DNA of 47,559 nt from Gaiellales bacterium (GTDB taxonomy: Bacteria; Actinomycetota; Thermoleophilia; Gaiellales; F1-60-MAGs149). The DNA lies in contig JBPCSR010000172.1 in assembly GCA_051006935.1 (NCBI GenBank), positions 1 to 47,559 on the forward strand. Reading direction: 5' to 3'. Position 1 is the stretch's first letter; every line of letters begins with the position of its first letter. Under the pieces are notes generated by a model. The model was not told the origin of the DNA. It made no database searches and was given only the letters and a program-made list of their open reading frames with translations. Shown one piece after another: positions 17,911-27,431 of this stretch. Both the position numbers and the translations under genes were made by a program.

Positions 17911-19982
17911 GCGCGCGCCGCGACCTGAGGCCGCTGTTCGAGCCTCGGAGCGTGCTGCTCGTGGGCGCCACGGCCGACACCATGAAGTGGGGCGGCTGGG
18001 TGACGAAGTCGTTCGGCGAGACGCGCCACCTGCGCGACACGCATTTCGTCAACCTGCGCGGCGGCGAGCTCTACGGCGTCACCGCGCTGACGTCGATCGC
18101 CGACGTCGACGCCGCGATCGACCTCGCCGTGATCGTCGTGCCCGCGCCAGCCGTGCCCGAGGCGGTCACGCAATCGCTCGCGCTCGGCGCCAAGGCGCTC
18201 GTGATCATCACGTCGGGGTTCGGCGAGACGAGCGAGGAGGGACGCGTCGTGCAGGAGGCGATCGTGGAGGAGGTTCGCGCGGCGGGCGCGGTCCTGCTCG
18301 GGCCGAACTGCCTCGGCCTCTACGACGACGCGACGAGCCTCAACGTGTACGGCGGCACGTTCCCGTCCGGCGACCTCGCGCTGGCCACGCAGAGCGGCAA
18401 TCTCGCCCTCGAGGTCGCGCTGCTGCTCGAGCACCAGGGGCTCGGCCTCACGCGCTTCGCCAGCGTCGGCAACCAGGCCGATCTCACGATCGGCGACGTG
18501 ATCCGCGACTTCGCCCACCATGACGCGACGCGCGTGGTCGGCGCCTACGTCGAATCGCCACGCGACGGTGCGGCCTTCGCCGACGCGGTGCGCGAGGCGG
18601 CCGCGCGCAAGCCCGTGGTGCTGTTCGCCGCCGGGCGCACCGCCGCGGGCGCCCACGCCGCCGCCTCGCACACGGGCAACCTGGCGGCGGAGTCGCGCGT
18701 GCTGCGGGCCATCTGCCGCGACGCCGGCGCCGTGGTGGTCGACACGCCGGGCGAGTTCGTGGACGCCGTCGCCACGCTGCGCACGGGCTACGGCCTCGGC
18801 CGCCGACGCATCGGGGTCGTCGCCGACGGCGGCGGGCACGGCGTGGTCGCCGCCGACACCGTGATCGAGTCGGGCCTCGAGATGGCCGACCTGTCCGAGG
18901 CCACGAAGCAGGCCATGCAGCCGCACCTCAAGCACAACGCCGCGGCCAATCCCGTCGACCTCGCGGGCGCGGACGGCTCGATGCTGTGGTGCTTCCACGG
19001 CCTCGTCGACGCGATGCTCGCCTCCGATGAGGTCGATGCCGTCGTGATGTCCGGGTACTTCGGCGGGTACGGCGCGTACCACCCGGAATCGGAGAGCGCC
19101 GAGCTCGAAGTCGTCGACGCCATCGCCGGGTCCGCCGCCAAGCACGGCAAGCCGGTCGCGATCCAGTCGATGGAGGAGCCCAGCGGCAACAGATCGATCA
19201 TCCGCATGAAGGAGATCGGACTGCCCGTCTTCCCGCGCATCGAGCAGGCCGTCGCGGCGCTCACGCGTCTGGACCGCCCGCCGCTCGTGACCGGGGGAGC
19301 CGCAGCGCCGGTGCCCGAGCGGGCGCTGTCGGCCCGCCCGGCCTACCCCGAGGCCCGCGCCGCGCTGGCGGAGCTCGGCATCCCGTTCCCGGAGGGTGCG
19401 CTCGCGGCTTCCGCAGCGGAGGCGGCGGAGATCCTCACCCGTGTCGGCGCCCCGGCGGCGATGAAGGCCGTGGCGGCCGAGCTGCTCCACAAGACCGATG
19501 CCGGCGGTGTCGTGCTCGGCGTCTCGACCCCCGAGGTGGCCGCCGAGACGTTCGACGCGATGCTGCACCGCGTCACCGAGGCGTCGGGGATCGCCCTCGA
19601 CGGCATCTGGGTGGAGCGCATGGCGGAGCCGGGTGGCGTCGACCTCGTGCTCGGCGCCAAGCGGGATCCCGCCTTCGGCCCGGTCCTCCTGGTGGGCGTC
19701 GGCGGCGTCTTCGTGGAGATCCTCGACGACGTCGTGCTCGCACCCGCGCCGACCGATCCCGTGCACCTGGCCGGCCTGATCCGCACGCTGCGCGCGTTCC
19801 CGCTCCTCGCGGGTGCGCGCGGGCAGGAGCCGGTCGCTCTCGACGCCGTGGCGCGGATCGCCTGCCGGCTCGGCGACCTGCTGATCGCGCACCCCGAGAT
19901 CGGCGAGGTCGAGATCAATCCGCTGCGCGCCACGGGGTCTGGGGCGATCGCGCTCGACGCTCGCATCGTGCCCCTGCACTGA
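17907..19982 (+). CDS. NDP-forming acyl-CoA synthetase, paralogue 2
   Basis: About 691 aa. SVLLVGATAD CoA-binding start, AAASHTGNLA histidine loop, C-terminal ATP-grasp (AAMKAVAAELLHKTDAGGV). GTG start overlaps the ACAD stop (GTGA). Confidence 0.8.
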   Translation: MSARRDLRPLFEPRSVLLVGATADTMKWGGWVTKSFGETRHLRDTHFVNLRGGELYGVTALTSIADVDAAIDLAVIVVPAPAVPEAVTQSLALGAKALVIITSGFGETSEEGRVVQEAIVEEVRAAGAVLLGPNCLGLYDDATSLNVYGGTFPSGDLALATQSGNLALEVALLLEHQGLGLTRFASVGNQADLTIGDVIRDFAHHDATRVVGAYVESPRDGAAFADAVREAAARKPVVLFAAGRTAAGAHAAASHTGNLAAESRVLRAICRDAGAVVVDTPGEFVDAVATLRTGYGLGRRRIGVVADGGGHGVVAADTVIESGLEMADLSEATKQAMQPHLKHNAAANPVDLAGADGSMLWCFHGLVDAMLASDEVDAVVMSGYFGGYGAYHPESESAELEVVDAIAGSAAKHGKPVAIQSMEEPSGNRSIIRMKEIGLPVFPRIEQAVAALTRLDRPPLVTGGAAAPVPERALSARPAYPEARAALAELGIPFPEGALAASAAEAAEILTRVGAPAAMKAVAAELLHKTDAGGVVLGVSTPEVAAETFDAMLHRVTEASGIALDGIWVERMAEPGGVDLVLGAKRDPAFGPVLLVGVGGVFVEILDDVVLAPAPTDPVHLAGLIRTLRAFPLLAGARGQEPVALDAVARIACRLGDLLIAHPEIGEVEINPLRATGSGAIALDARIVPLH

Positions 19983-20122
19983 TCCGCCGCCGACGGCCCT
20001 GCGAACTTCAGTGTGGGGGAACGCCAGGGCTCGTCCACCTCGGTGGGCGGGCCCTCGCGTTCCCTCCGGATCGCCCTCCCCGGCCCACGCCGTGGACAGG
20101 AGGGGGTGCGATCGCGGATCAT

Positions 20123-20863
20123 GTGGCTGTGCCGAGCGTCGTCCTGTTCCCGACCTGCCTCGGCGATGTCGTCGCGTCGCAGACGGTGGCCGACGCCACC
20201 GTCGTCCTGGAGCGCCTCGGCGTGGCCGTCCGCCCGCCGGGCGGCGCCACGTGCTGCGGACAGCCCGCGTTCAACGCCGGGCATGCGTCGCCGGCGCGCT
20301 CCGCGGCCCGGGCGACCCTGCGCGCGCTCGACGACGGCACGGAGGACCCGATCCTGCTGGCGTCTGGCTCGTGCACCAGCATGATCCGCGTGCACTGGCG
20401 CGAGCTCTTCGCGGGATCCGCGGACCACGACGCCGCGGAGCGCGTCGCCCGCCGCACGCGCGAGCTCTCGTCGTACCTCGCCGACCACGCCGAGGCGCTG
20501 CGGTCGCTCGCGCCGCGCCTCGAGGCGCGCGTGGGCTACCACGACTCGTGCCACATGCTCCGCGAGCTGCGCATCCACGACGCGCCCCGCACGGTGATCA
20601 GTGCGATCGACGGCGTATCGCTCGTCGAGGTCGAGGGTGCGGACCGCTGCTGCGGCTTCGGCGGGCGCTTCAGCACGGGCTACGCCGACGTCTCGGTCGC
20701 CATGACGGACGCCAAGCTCGCCGACGCCGAGGCAGCTGGCATCGACCTGCTGGTGTCGTCGGACCCCGGTTGCCTGATGCAGCTCGGCGGGCGGCTGTCC
20801 CGCACCGGCAGCCCGTTGCGCGCGGTGCACGTCGCCACGCTCGTCCGCGAGGCGCTGCCGTGA
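20123..20863 (+). CDS. lutA: Lactate utilization protein A ((Fe-S)-binding, CCG-domain)
   Basis: 246 aa. VVLFPTCLGD start; two CCG motifs (TCCGQPAFNAG, DRCCGFGGRF). Confidence 0.85.
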   Translation: MAVPSVVLFPTCLGDVVASQTVADATVVLERLGVAVRPPGGATCCGQPAFNAGHASPARSAARATLRALDDGTEDPILLASGSCTSMIRVHWRELFAGSADHDAAERVARRTRELSSYLADHAEALRSLAPRLEARVGYHDSCHMLRELRIHDAPRTVISAIDGVSLVEVEGADRCCGFGGRFSTGYADVSVAMTDAKLADAEAAGIDLLVSSDPGCLMQLGGRLSRTGSPLRAVHVATLVREALP

Positions 20864-22311
20864 GCGCGACCGAGCGCGAGATCGGCGGACGCCCGCTCCC
20901 GCCCGGCTGGGCGGCGCCGGCGCACCGGCCGACGGAGGACCCGCTCACCGAGACCGCCCTCGCCGACCGCATGCGGGAGGGGCTCGCGCGGCCGTTCCAG
21001 CGGACCGCGATCCCGAAGGCCACCGACCACGCGCTCGCCTCGATGCACGGACGCTTCGTCGGCGTCGACCACGAGGCGCTGCGCGACGAGGGGCAGCGCA
21101 TCCGCGCGCACGCGGTCGCGAACCTGCCCGCGTACCTCGAGCAGTGGATCGCGCAGGCCGAGGCGAACGGGACGACCGTGCACTTCGCGACCGACGCCGG
21201 CGAGGCGCGGGAGATCGTGGCGGGCATCTGCCGGCGCGAGGGGGTGGCGCGCGTCGTCAAGTCGAAGTCGATGGCCTCCGAGGAGGTGTCGCTCAACTCC
21301 GCGCTCGAGGACGTAGGCGTCGACGTGGTCGAGACCGACCTCGGCGAGTTCGTCGTGCAGGCGATGGGCGACCGCCCGAGCCACGTGATCGCGCCGATCC
21401 TGCACCGCACGCGCGCCGAGATCCGGACGCTGTTCAGCGAGATGGCGGGCGAGGAGCTCCCCGACGACCCGGAGGCGCTGGCGGCGTTCGCGCGGGCCGG
21501 CCTGCGGCACGCCTTCCTCACCGCCGACGCCGGCATCTCCGGCGGCAACTTCCTGATCGCCGAGACGGGCGAGGTCGCGCTGGTCACGAACGAGGGCAAC
21601 GGCCGGCTCACCACGTCGCTGCCGCGCATCCACATCGCCCTCGTGGGGATCGAGAAGCTGCTGCCGCGACGCCGCGATCTCGCCGTGCTGCTGCCGCTCC
21701 TGGCGGGTCACGGCACCGGGCAGCTGGTGACGACGTACGTGACGATGACCGGTGGGCCGCGCGCGGCCGGCGAGGCCGACGGGCCGGAGCAGACGCACGT
21801 GGTCCTGCTCGACGGGGGCCGCTCCTCGCTGCTCGGCGGCGAGTTCGAGTCGGCGCTCCACTGCATCCGCTGCGGCGCCTGCCAGAACATCTGCCCCGTC
21901 TACCGGCAGGTCGGCGGGCACGCCTACGGCTGGGTGTACGGCGGCCCGATCGGGGCGGTGCTCACGCCGCTCCTGCGCGGGAGCGGCGATGGCGGCGAGG
22001 TCGCGCTGGCCTCGACGCTGTGCGCGGCCTGCGACGACGTGTGCCCGGTCCGGATCCCGCTCCACGATCTGCTGCTCGGCCTGCGCCGCCGTCGGGTCGA
22101 GGATCGCGTGCCGCGTCGCCGCGAACAGCTGGGCTTCCACCTGTGGGCGTTCGCGGCAAGCCGTCCGGCCCTCTACCGCGCAAGCACGGCGGCTGCCCGT
22201 GGCGCCCTCCGCCTGCTCGCGCGCGACGGCCGGGTGCGCACCCGCCTGCCCGGACTGCGTCGGTGGACGGACGAGCGCGACCTGCTCGTGCAGCGGCGGG
22301 AGGGGCGATGA
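20860..22311 (+). CDS. lutB: Lactate utilization protein B (4Fe-4S, LUD domain)
   Basis: About 483 aa. Ferredoxin motifs CIRCGACQNICPVY and CAACDDVCPVRIP. GTG overlaps the lutA stop (GTGA). Confidence 0.85.
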   Translation: MSATEREIGGRPLPPGWAAPAHRPTEDPLTETALADRMREGLARPFQRTAIPKATDHALASMHGRFVGVDHEALRDEGQRIRAHAVANLPAYLEQWIAQAEANGTTVHFATDAGEAREIVAGICRREGVARVVKSKSMASEEVSLNSALEDVGVDVVETDLGEFVVQAMGDRPSHVIAPILHRTRAEIRTLFSEMAGEELPDDPEALAAFARAGLRHAFLTADAGISGGNFLIAETGEVALVTNEGNGRLTTSLPRIHIALVGIEKLLPRRRDLAVLLPLLAGHGTGQLVTTYVTMTGGPRAAGEADGPEQTHVVLLDGGRSSLLGGEFESALHCIRCGACQNICPVYRQVGGHAYGWVYGGPIGAVLTPLLRGSGDGGEVALASTLCAACDDVCPVRIPLHDLLLGLRRRRVEDRVPRRREQLGFHLWAFAASRPALYRASTAAARGALRLLARDGRVRTRLPGLRRWTDERDLLVQRREGR

Positions 22312-22955
22312 CGGACCGCGCGTCCTTCCTCGCCGCGGTGCGCGCCACGCCGCGAGGCGACGATCCCGGCCCGCCCGGGCGCGATCGCGCGCCGAATGCG
22401 CCGACCGAGCTTCGCGCGGGGGAGGATCCGTACGACCGCTTCGCGCGGGAGTGCACCGCCGTCGGCGCCACGGTCGAGCGCGTGTCGGCCGTCGGTGCCG
22501 CGGCGGCCGCAGCGGGGGCGCTGGCGGGCGCGGCGCGCGTGGCCGTCGCCGACGACACGCCGGCGGCGGACGCGGTGCTCGCCGCCTGTCGGGCCGCCGG
22601 GATCGAGGCGGCGCGCTACGCCGAGATCGCCTCGGACCGGGCACGCGCCGGAGCGCTCGACGCGACCGTCACCGGCTGCGTCGCCGCCGTCGCCGCGACC
22701 GGGTCGATCGTCACGTCGGCTGCCTCGGCCGGTCGCGCTGCCGCGCTGATCGCGCCGACCCACGTGTGCCTCGTGCGTCGGTCCGAGCTCGTCGACGGAC
22801 TCCACGATCTCTTCGCGGGCGACCGACTCGATGGAGCGGGGAGCCTGATCGCCTTCCAATCGGGCCCGAGCCGGAGCGCGGACATCGAGAAGACGCTGAT
22901 CCTCGGCGTGCACGGGCCGGGCCGCGTGCACGTGCTCCTGCTCGACGACGTCTGA
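22308..22955 (+). CDS. lutC: Lactate utilization protein C (LUD domain)
   Basis: About 215 aa. The ATG overlaps the lutB stop (ATGA), giving the position and size expected for LutC. Confidence 0.75.
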   Translation: MTDRASFLAAVRATPRGDDPGPPGRDRAPNAPTELRAGEDPYDRFARECTAVGATVERVSAVGAAAAAAGALAGAARVAVADDTPAADAVLAACRAAGIEAARYAEIASDRARAGALDATVTGCVAAVAATGSIVTSAASAGRAAALIAPTHVCLVRRSELVDGLHDLFAGDRLDGAGSLIAFQSGPSRSADIEKTLILGVHGPGRVHVLLLDDV

Positions 22956-22961
22956 TTCGGC

Positions 22962-23798
22962 TCAGGCGACGATGTCGACCGGGGTGCCGGGGCTGACCAG
23001 GTTGGCGACGGCGCCGATGCCCGGATCCGGCACGCGGATGCACCCGTGCGACGGGTTCGTGCCGGCCTTCGCCCACAGCGACCCACGGGCGCCGTGGATA
23101 GCCACGCGACCGGGGCCGCCGGCGAACTCGAACAGCACGTTCGAATGAGCCGTGAGGTGCAGCGCCCACGGGGCGAGCGGGCTGTCGGACGGTTCGCGCA
23201 CCTTCTGGTAGATCGCGAAATGGCCCCTCGGCGTCGGCGTGGACGGGGCGCCGAGGGCGACGCCGACCCGGTGGACGATCGTGCCCTTGCGGAAGACCTG
23301 CAGGAGATGCTGGGAGAGCGAGATGCGGATGCGCATGGGGTTCCCGTGCACGACGACGCTGTCCTGCTTGATCCACCCGGTCGAGCCGTTCGGCCGGTTC
23401 GGCAGCAGCACCTTGATCCACGGCACGCCGCGTACCATCACGGTGCCATCGAGGATCAGCAGGTCGACGGGATTGCCGGTGCCGCCGATCCACGGCGCCA
23501 TCGTGGCGATGAGCCTGCCACCGCCGGGCTTCGGGCGCACGCCGACGCGGGTCACGAGGCGCGCGTCGTAGACGAAGGTCCTGGACGGACGGTAGTCGCC
23601 CACGGTGGCGCCCTGCTGCTCCTGCCCAGGGTCTTGCGTCGTGGAGGCGCCATCCGCGGCCGTGCTCGCGGCGGGCTCCGTTCCCGTCGCGGCGTTGGCG
23701 TTCGGGTCGACGGAGACGATCGAGCCCTGCGCCGCCGCCGTCGCGGGCAGCGCGATGCACGCGAGCAGCGCGACGAGCGTGGCGAGGCGAGGCCGCAT
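22962..23798 (-). CDS. Secreted L,D-transpeptidase (YkuD domain)
   Basis: Signal peptide MRPRLATLVALLACIALPATAAAQ; catalytic motif HSNV...SHGCIRV. An alternative start at 23816 is possible. Confidence 0.8.
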   Translation of the reverse strand: MRPRLATLVALLACIALPATAAAQGSIVSVDPNANAATGTEPAASTAADGASTTQDPGQEQQGATVGDYRPSRTFVYDARLVTRVGVRPKPGGGRLIATMAPWIGGTGNPVDLLILDGTVMVRGVPWIKVLLPNRPNGSTGWIKQDSVVVHGNPMRIRISLSQHLLQVFRKGTIVHRVGVALGAPSTPTPRGHFAIYQKVREPSDSPLAPWALHLTAHSNVLFEFAGGPGRVAIHGARGSLWAKAGTNPSHGCIRVPDPGIGAVANLVSPGTPVDIVA

Positions 23799-23807
23799 GC
23801 GCCAATT

Positions 23808-23839
23808 GTCCACCATCTTCCGACGGACCGTCGGTGGAC
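23808..23839. promoter_or_regulatory. Nested palindromes in the ldt / FAD-oxidase divergent gap
   Basis: GTCCACC...GGTGGAC flanks the perfect 15-mer CCGACGG-A-CCGTCGG (23820-23834). Confidence 0.3.
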
Positions 23840-23871
23840 GGCGACCCCGCACCCATGCGACGATCCGCGCG

Positions 23872-25281
23872 ATGGCGGAGCAGCACCGGTCCCTCTGGCT
23901 CGAGCAGGCGTACACGGGGTCGACCGACGCCCCGCCGCTGACCGGCGGCGACAAGGCCGACGTGGCGATCGTCGGCGGCGGCTTCACGGGGCTCTGGACG
24001 GCGATCCTGCTGAAGGAGCGCGAGCCGGGTCTCGACGTGGTGATCGTCGAGCGCGACGTCTGCGGCGGCGGCGCCTCCGGGCGCAACGGCGGCTTCGTGC
24101 TGAGCTGGTGGCCGAAGCTGTCGACGCTCGTGAAGCTGGCCGGCGAGCGCGAGGCGGTCGAGATCGCCCAGGCCTCGGAGGACGCCATCACGGAGATCGC
24201 CGAGGCGTGCGAGCGCTACTCGATCGACGCGCAGTTCCGCCGCGGCGGCTGGCTGTGGACCGCCGCGACCGAGGTGCAGCGCGGGTCGTGGACGCCGACC
24301 GTGGAGCTCTGCGAGCGTCTCGGCGTGCATCCGTTCCAGCGGCTCTCGCCCGACGAGGTCGCGCGCCGCACCGGCTCCTCCGTGCACCTCGAGGGCGTGC
24401 TCGAGCCATCGGGCGCCACGGTCCACCCGGGCTATCTCGTGCGGGGGCTCACGCGCGTCGCCCAGCAGCTCGGCGTCCGCATCTACGAGCACACGCCGAT
24501 GGTGGAGCTCGACCGACGACGCCCAGCCGTGATCCGCACGCCGAACGGCGCGCTCACCGCCGACACCGTCATCCTCGCGATCAACGCCCACAGCGCGGGC
24601 GTGCGCGAGCTGCACCGGAAGATCGTCGCGATCACCAGCGACATGGTCTCGACGCCGCCGATCCCCGATCGCCTGGAGGAGATCGGCTGGACCGGGGGCG
24701 AGTGCATCTCCGACTCCCAGCTGCAGATCCACTACTACCGCACCACCGCGGACGGGCGTATCGCCTTCGGCAAGGGCGGCTGGGGCATCGCGTTCGGCGG
24801 ACGCATGGGCCGCGGCTTCGAGCGCGACGAGAAGCGGGCCGCCGACGTCACGCGCGGCTTCCGCCGGCTCTATCCGAATCTGGCGGACGTGCCGATCGAC
24901 CACGACTGGAGCGGTCCGATCGACCGCTCGCCGACGGGCATCCCGCTGTTCGGCAACCTCGGCGGCCGGCCGCACATCCTGTACGGCGCGGGCTTCTCGG
25001 GCAACGGCGTCGGCCCGGCGCGGCTCGGCGGGCGCATCCTGGCCGACCTGGCGCTCGGCGAGCGCGACGGCCTCGCGGGCTCGGCGCTCGTCAACGGCCA
25101 GCCCGGCAGCTTCCCGCCCGACCCGATCCGGTACGTGGGCGCCCACGTGGTGCGCACGGGGGTCGCCGCCAAGGAGGCGAAGGAGGCGGTCGGCAAGGAG
25201 CCGAGCCGCGTCGCGAGCTTCCTCGCCGGCCTGGCGCCGGGCGGGATGATCCCCAAGCAGGGGAAGCCGGACAAGCGCTAG
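23872..25281 (+). CDS. FAD-dependent oxidoreductase (PuuB / gamma-glutamyl-amine oxidase-like)
   Basis: About 469 aa. SLWLEQA...ADVAIVGGGFTGLWTA...GGGASGRNGGF N-terminus typical of PuuB/OrdL-type DAO enzymes. Confidence 0.75.
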   Translation: MAEQHRSLWLEQAYTGSTDAPPLTGGDKADVAIVGGGFTGLWTAILLKEREPGLDVVIVERDVCGGGASGRNGGFVLSWWPKLSTLVKLAGEREAVEIAQASEDAITEIAEACERYSIDAQFRRGGWLWTAATEVQRGSWTPTVELCERLGVHPFQRLSPDEVARRTGSSVHLEGVLEPSGATVHPGYLVRGLTRVAQQLGVRIYEHTPMVELDRRRPAVIRTPNGALTADTVILAINAHSAGVRELHRKIVAITSDMVSTPPIPDRLEEIGWTGGECISDSQLQIHYYRTTADGRIAFGKGGWGIAFGGRMGRGFERDEKRAADVTRGFRRLYPNLADVPIDHDWSGPIDRSPTGIPLFGNLGGRPHILYGAGFSGNGVGPARLGGRILADLALGERDGLAGSALVNGQPGSFPPDPIRYVGAHVVRTGVAAKEAKEAVGKEPSRVASFLAGLAPGGMIPKQGKPDKR

Positions 25282-25287
25282 CGGGTT

Positions 25288-27387
25288 TCAGTCGCCGACG
25301 GGCTGTGCGGCGCGCGCGGCCGGTGCCGCGACGGCCTTCTCGACGAGCGCCACGTCCACGCGGTTGTCGTGGAACGTGGGGGAGCCGCCCATGTCGGCGT
25401 CGCGCACGGCCGTCGTGGCGTTCACGTTGGCGCCGTTGACGCCGTCCTTGGCCCAGTAGGCCTTGTACGCCCACGCCACGCCGCAGCGGGCATGCGGGTG
25501 GATCGCCGCACGGCACTGGAAGGCGCCGCGGTCGTTGGCGACCTCGACGAGATCGCCGTCCTCGATCCCGCGCCCGGCGGCGTCGTCGGCGTGCAGGAAG
25601 ACCGCCGGCTCGCCGGTCATCTTCAGGTGACCGGGCAGATCGGCGAACGTGGAATTGAGGAAGAACCGCTGCGCCGGCGTGATCAGCACCAGCGGGAAGC
25701 GCTCCGCGAGGGTCGGGTCGGCGGCTTCGACCGGCGGCACGTAGCCCGGCAGGGGATCGAGTCCCTGCTCGGCCAGCTCCGGGCAGAGGATGCGGAAGCG
25801 CCCGCTCGCCGTGGGGAACCCGCCCTCCGCGAAGGGCGTCTGCCCGCGCAGATCGTCGATGCGCGCGAATCCGTCGGCCTCCAGCGACCCGACGGTGATG
25901 CCGCGGGCGCGCGCCGCGTCCGTATCGAGGTAGTCGCGCACGAGCTCCTCGTCGCTCTGGTGCAGACGCGGGTGGTCGAGCCCGAGCGCGGTGGCGAGGC
26001 GGCGGAAGATCTCGGTGTTGGGCAGGCACTGGCCGACGGGCTCGATGGCGGGCTGGTTGAGCGCGAGGTAGTGGTGCCCGTAGGAGGGATGGATGTCGAG
26101 GTGCTCCGTCTGCATCGTCGCCGGCAGCACGACGTCCGCGAACAGCGTGGTGTCCGTCATGCGCTGCTCGAGCACGGTGAGGTGCAGGTCGTCGCGCATC
26201 AGCCCGCGGCGCAGGCGCAGCTGGTCGGGCACGGTAGCCGCCGGGTTCGTGTCCCAGACGACGAGGCTGTGGAGCGCGGGATCGGCCTCGGTCACGGCCT
26301 CGGCGAGGCGCGACATGTTGATGATGCGCGCGCGCGGCACGGGCAGGTCGTCGGGCCGCTCGAGGTCGTTGTGCACGGCGTCGAAGTGGCCGCCCGTCAT
26401 CGCCAGCGGACCGCCGCCGACCCGGGCGTAGTCGCCGGTGATCGCGCCGAGGGCCAAGATCGCGCGGAATGCGGTGCCGGCGGTCGAGTGGCGCTGCATG
26501 CCGAGGCCGATGCGGATCGCAGTGGGGCGGCTGGTGATGATGCGGTCGGCGAGTCCGCGCACCTCGATCACGTCGAGGCCGCAGATCTCGGCCGCGCGCT
26601 CCACCGACCACTCGCCCAGCCGCTCCCGCAGCTCGGGCCAGCCCTCCGCGTACGCGGCGAGCCACGCCTCGTCCGCGGCGCCGGCCTCGGCGACCGCGGC
26701 CATCAGGCCCATCGCGAGCGCGCCATCCGTGCCCGGCAGGAGCTGCAGGTGGTCGTCGCAGCGGCGGGCGGTGTCGGTGGGCAGCGGATCGATCGCCACG
26801 ACATGGGCGCCGCGCTCCTGGGCGGCGTGGACGAAGTGCCACTGGTGCATGTTGCTCGTCAGCAGGTTGGCGCCCCAGATGATGATCAGCTCGGCGTGCT
26901 CGATATCCTCCGGGTCGTTGCCGACCGGCCGTCCCGTCGTCGCCTTCAGCGCGGCGCTCGCGGCGCCCGTGCAGATCGTCCCGAGCATGCGCGTGGCGCC
27001 GAGGTGCAGGAACAGGCGCACGCCGAGCGACCAGCCCTGCACGGCGCCGAGCGTTCCCGCGTAGTAGTAGGGCATCACGGACTCGGGGCCGTGGCGGTCG
27101 AATGCCTGGCGGATGCCGTCGGCGGCGAGCCCGATCGCCTCGTCCCAGTCGATCTCCTGGAAGCGCCCCTCGCCCTTCGCCCCGACGCGCTTGAGCGGGG
27201 TCGTCAGGCGGTCCGGCGCGTAGACGGCGTCGAGGTAGCGGTTCACCTTGCCGCACAGCGCGCCGCGGGTGAACGGATGCTCCTTGCGGCCGCGGATGTC
27301 GACGGCGCGCCCGTCCTCGACCGTGATCTGCCAGCCGCACGTGTCGGGGCAGTCGAGCGGGCAGGCGCCGTTGACGATGCGCTTCAT
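25288..27387 (-). CDS. Molybdopterin (bis-MGD) oxidoreductase, MopB superfamily, cytoplasmic
   Basis: About 699 aa. N-terminal Fe-S motif CPLDCPDTCG...CGK. No twin-arginine signal and no in-frame TGA. Start at MKRIVNGA. Confidence 0.8.
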   Translation of the reverse strand: MKRIVNGACPLDCPDTCGWQITVEDGRAVDIRGRKEHPFTRGALCGKVNRYLDAVYAPDRLTTPLKRVGAKGEGRFQEIDWDEAIGLAADGIRQAFDRHGPESVMPYYYAGTLGAVQGWSLGVRLFLHLGATRMLGTICTGAASAALKATTGRPVGNDPEDIEHAELIIIWGANLLTSNMHQWHFVHAAQERGAHVVAIDPLPTDTARRCDDHLQLLPGTDGALAMGLMAAVAEAGAADEAWLAAYAEGWPELRERLGEWSVERAAEICGLDVIEVRGLADRIITSRPTAIRIGLGMQRHSTAGTAFRAILALGAITGDYARVGGGPLAMTGGHFDAVHNDLERPDDLPVPRARIINMSRLAEAVTEADPALHSLVVWDTNPAATVPDQLRLRRGLMRDDLHLTVLEQRMTDTTLFADVVLPATMQTEHLDIHPSYGHHYLALNQPAIEPVGQCLPNTEIFRRLATALGLDHPRLHQSDEELVRDYLDTDAARARGITVGSLEADGFARIDDLRGQTPFAEGGFPTASGRFRILCPELAEQGLDPLPGYVPPVEAADPTLAERFPLVLITPAQRFFLNSTFADLPGHLKMTGEPAVFLHADDAAGRGIEDGDLVEVANDRGAFQCRAAIHPHARCGVAWAYKAYWAKDGVNGANVNATTAVRDADMGGSPTFHDNRVDVALVEKAVAAPAARAAQPVGD

Positions 27388-27393
27388 GCGGCG

Positions 27394-27399
27394 AGTGTA
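27394..27399 (-). promoter_or_regulatory. -10-like hexamer TACACT, 6 nt upstream of the MopB ATG (leaderless-type)
   Basis: Minus strand reads TACACT-cgccgc-ATG. Confidence 0.5.
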
Positions 27400-27431
27400 C
27401 GCCAGGCGGAGCCCATCCGACAGGTGGGGGA

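Noticed and set aside
19983-20122. Terminator or operator in the 140-bp gap between ligase 2 and lutA
   Set aside because: It contains only weak stems (GCCCTG...CAGGGC with a loop of roughly 25 nt; CCAC-ctcg-GTGG), no clear palindrome and no TAnnnT at the lutA start. Nothing here is strong enough to report as a feature.
25288-27387. Molybdoenzyme as a selenoprotein or Tat-exported respiratory reductase
   Set aside because: There is no in-frame TGA, no twin-arginine N-terminus and no adjacent Fe-S or membrane-anchor subunit genes. It looks like a soluble cytoplasmic MopB enzyme of unknown substrate.
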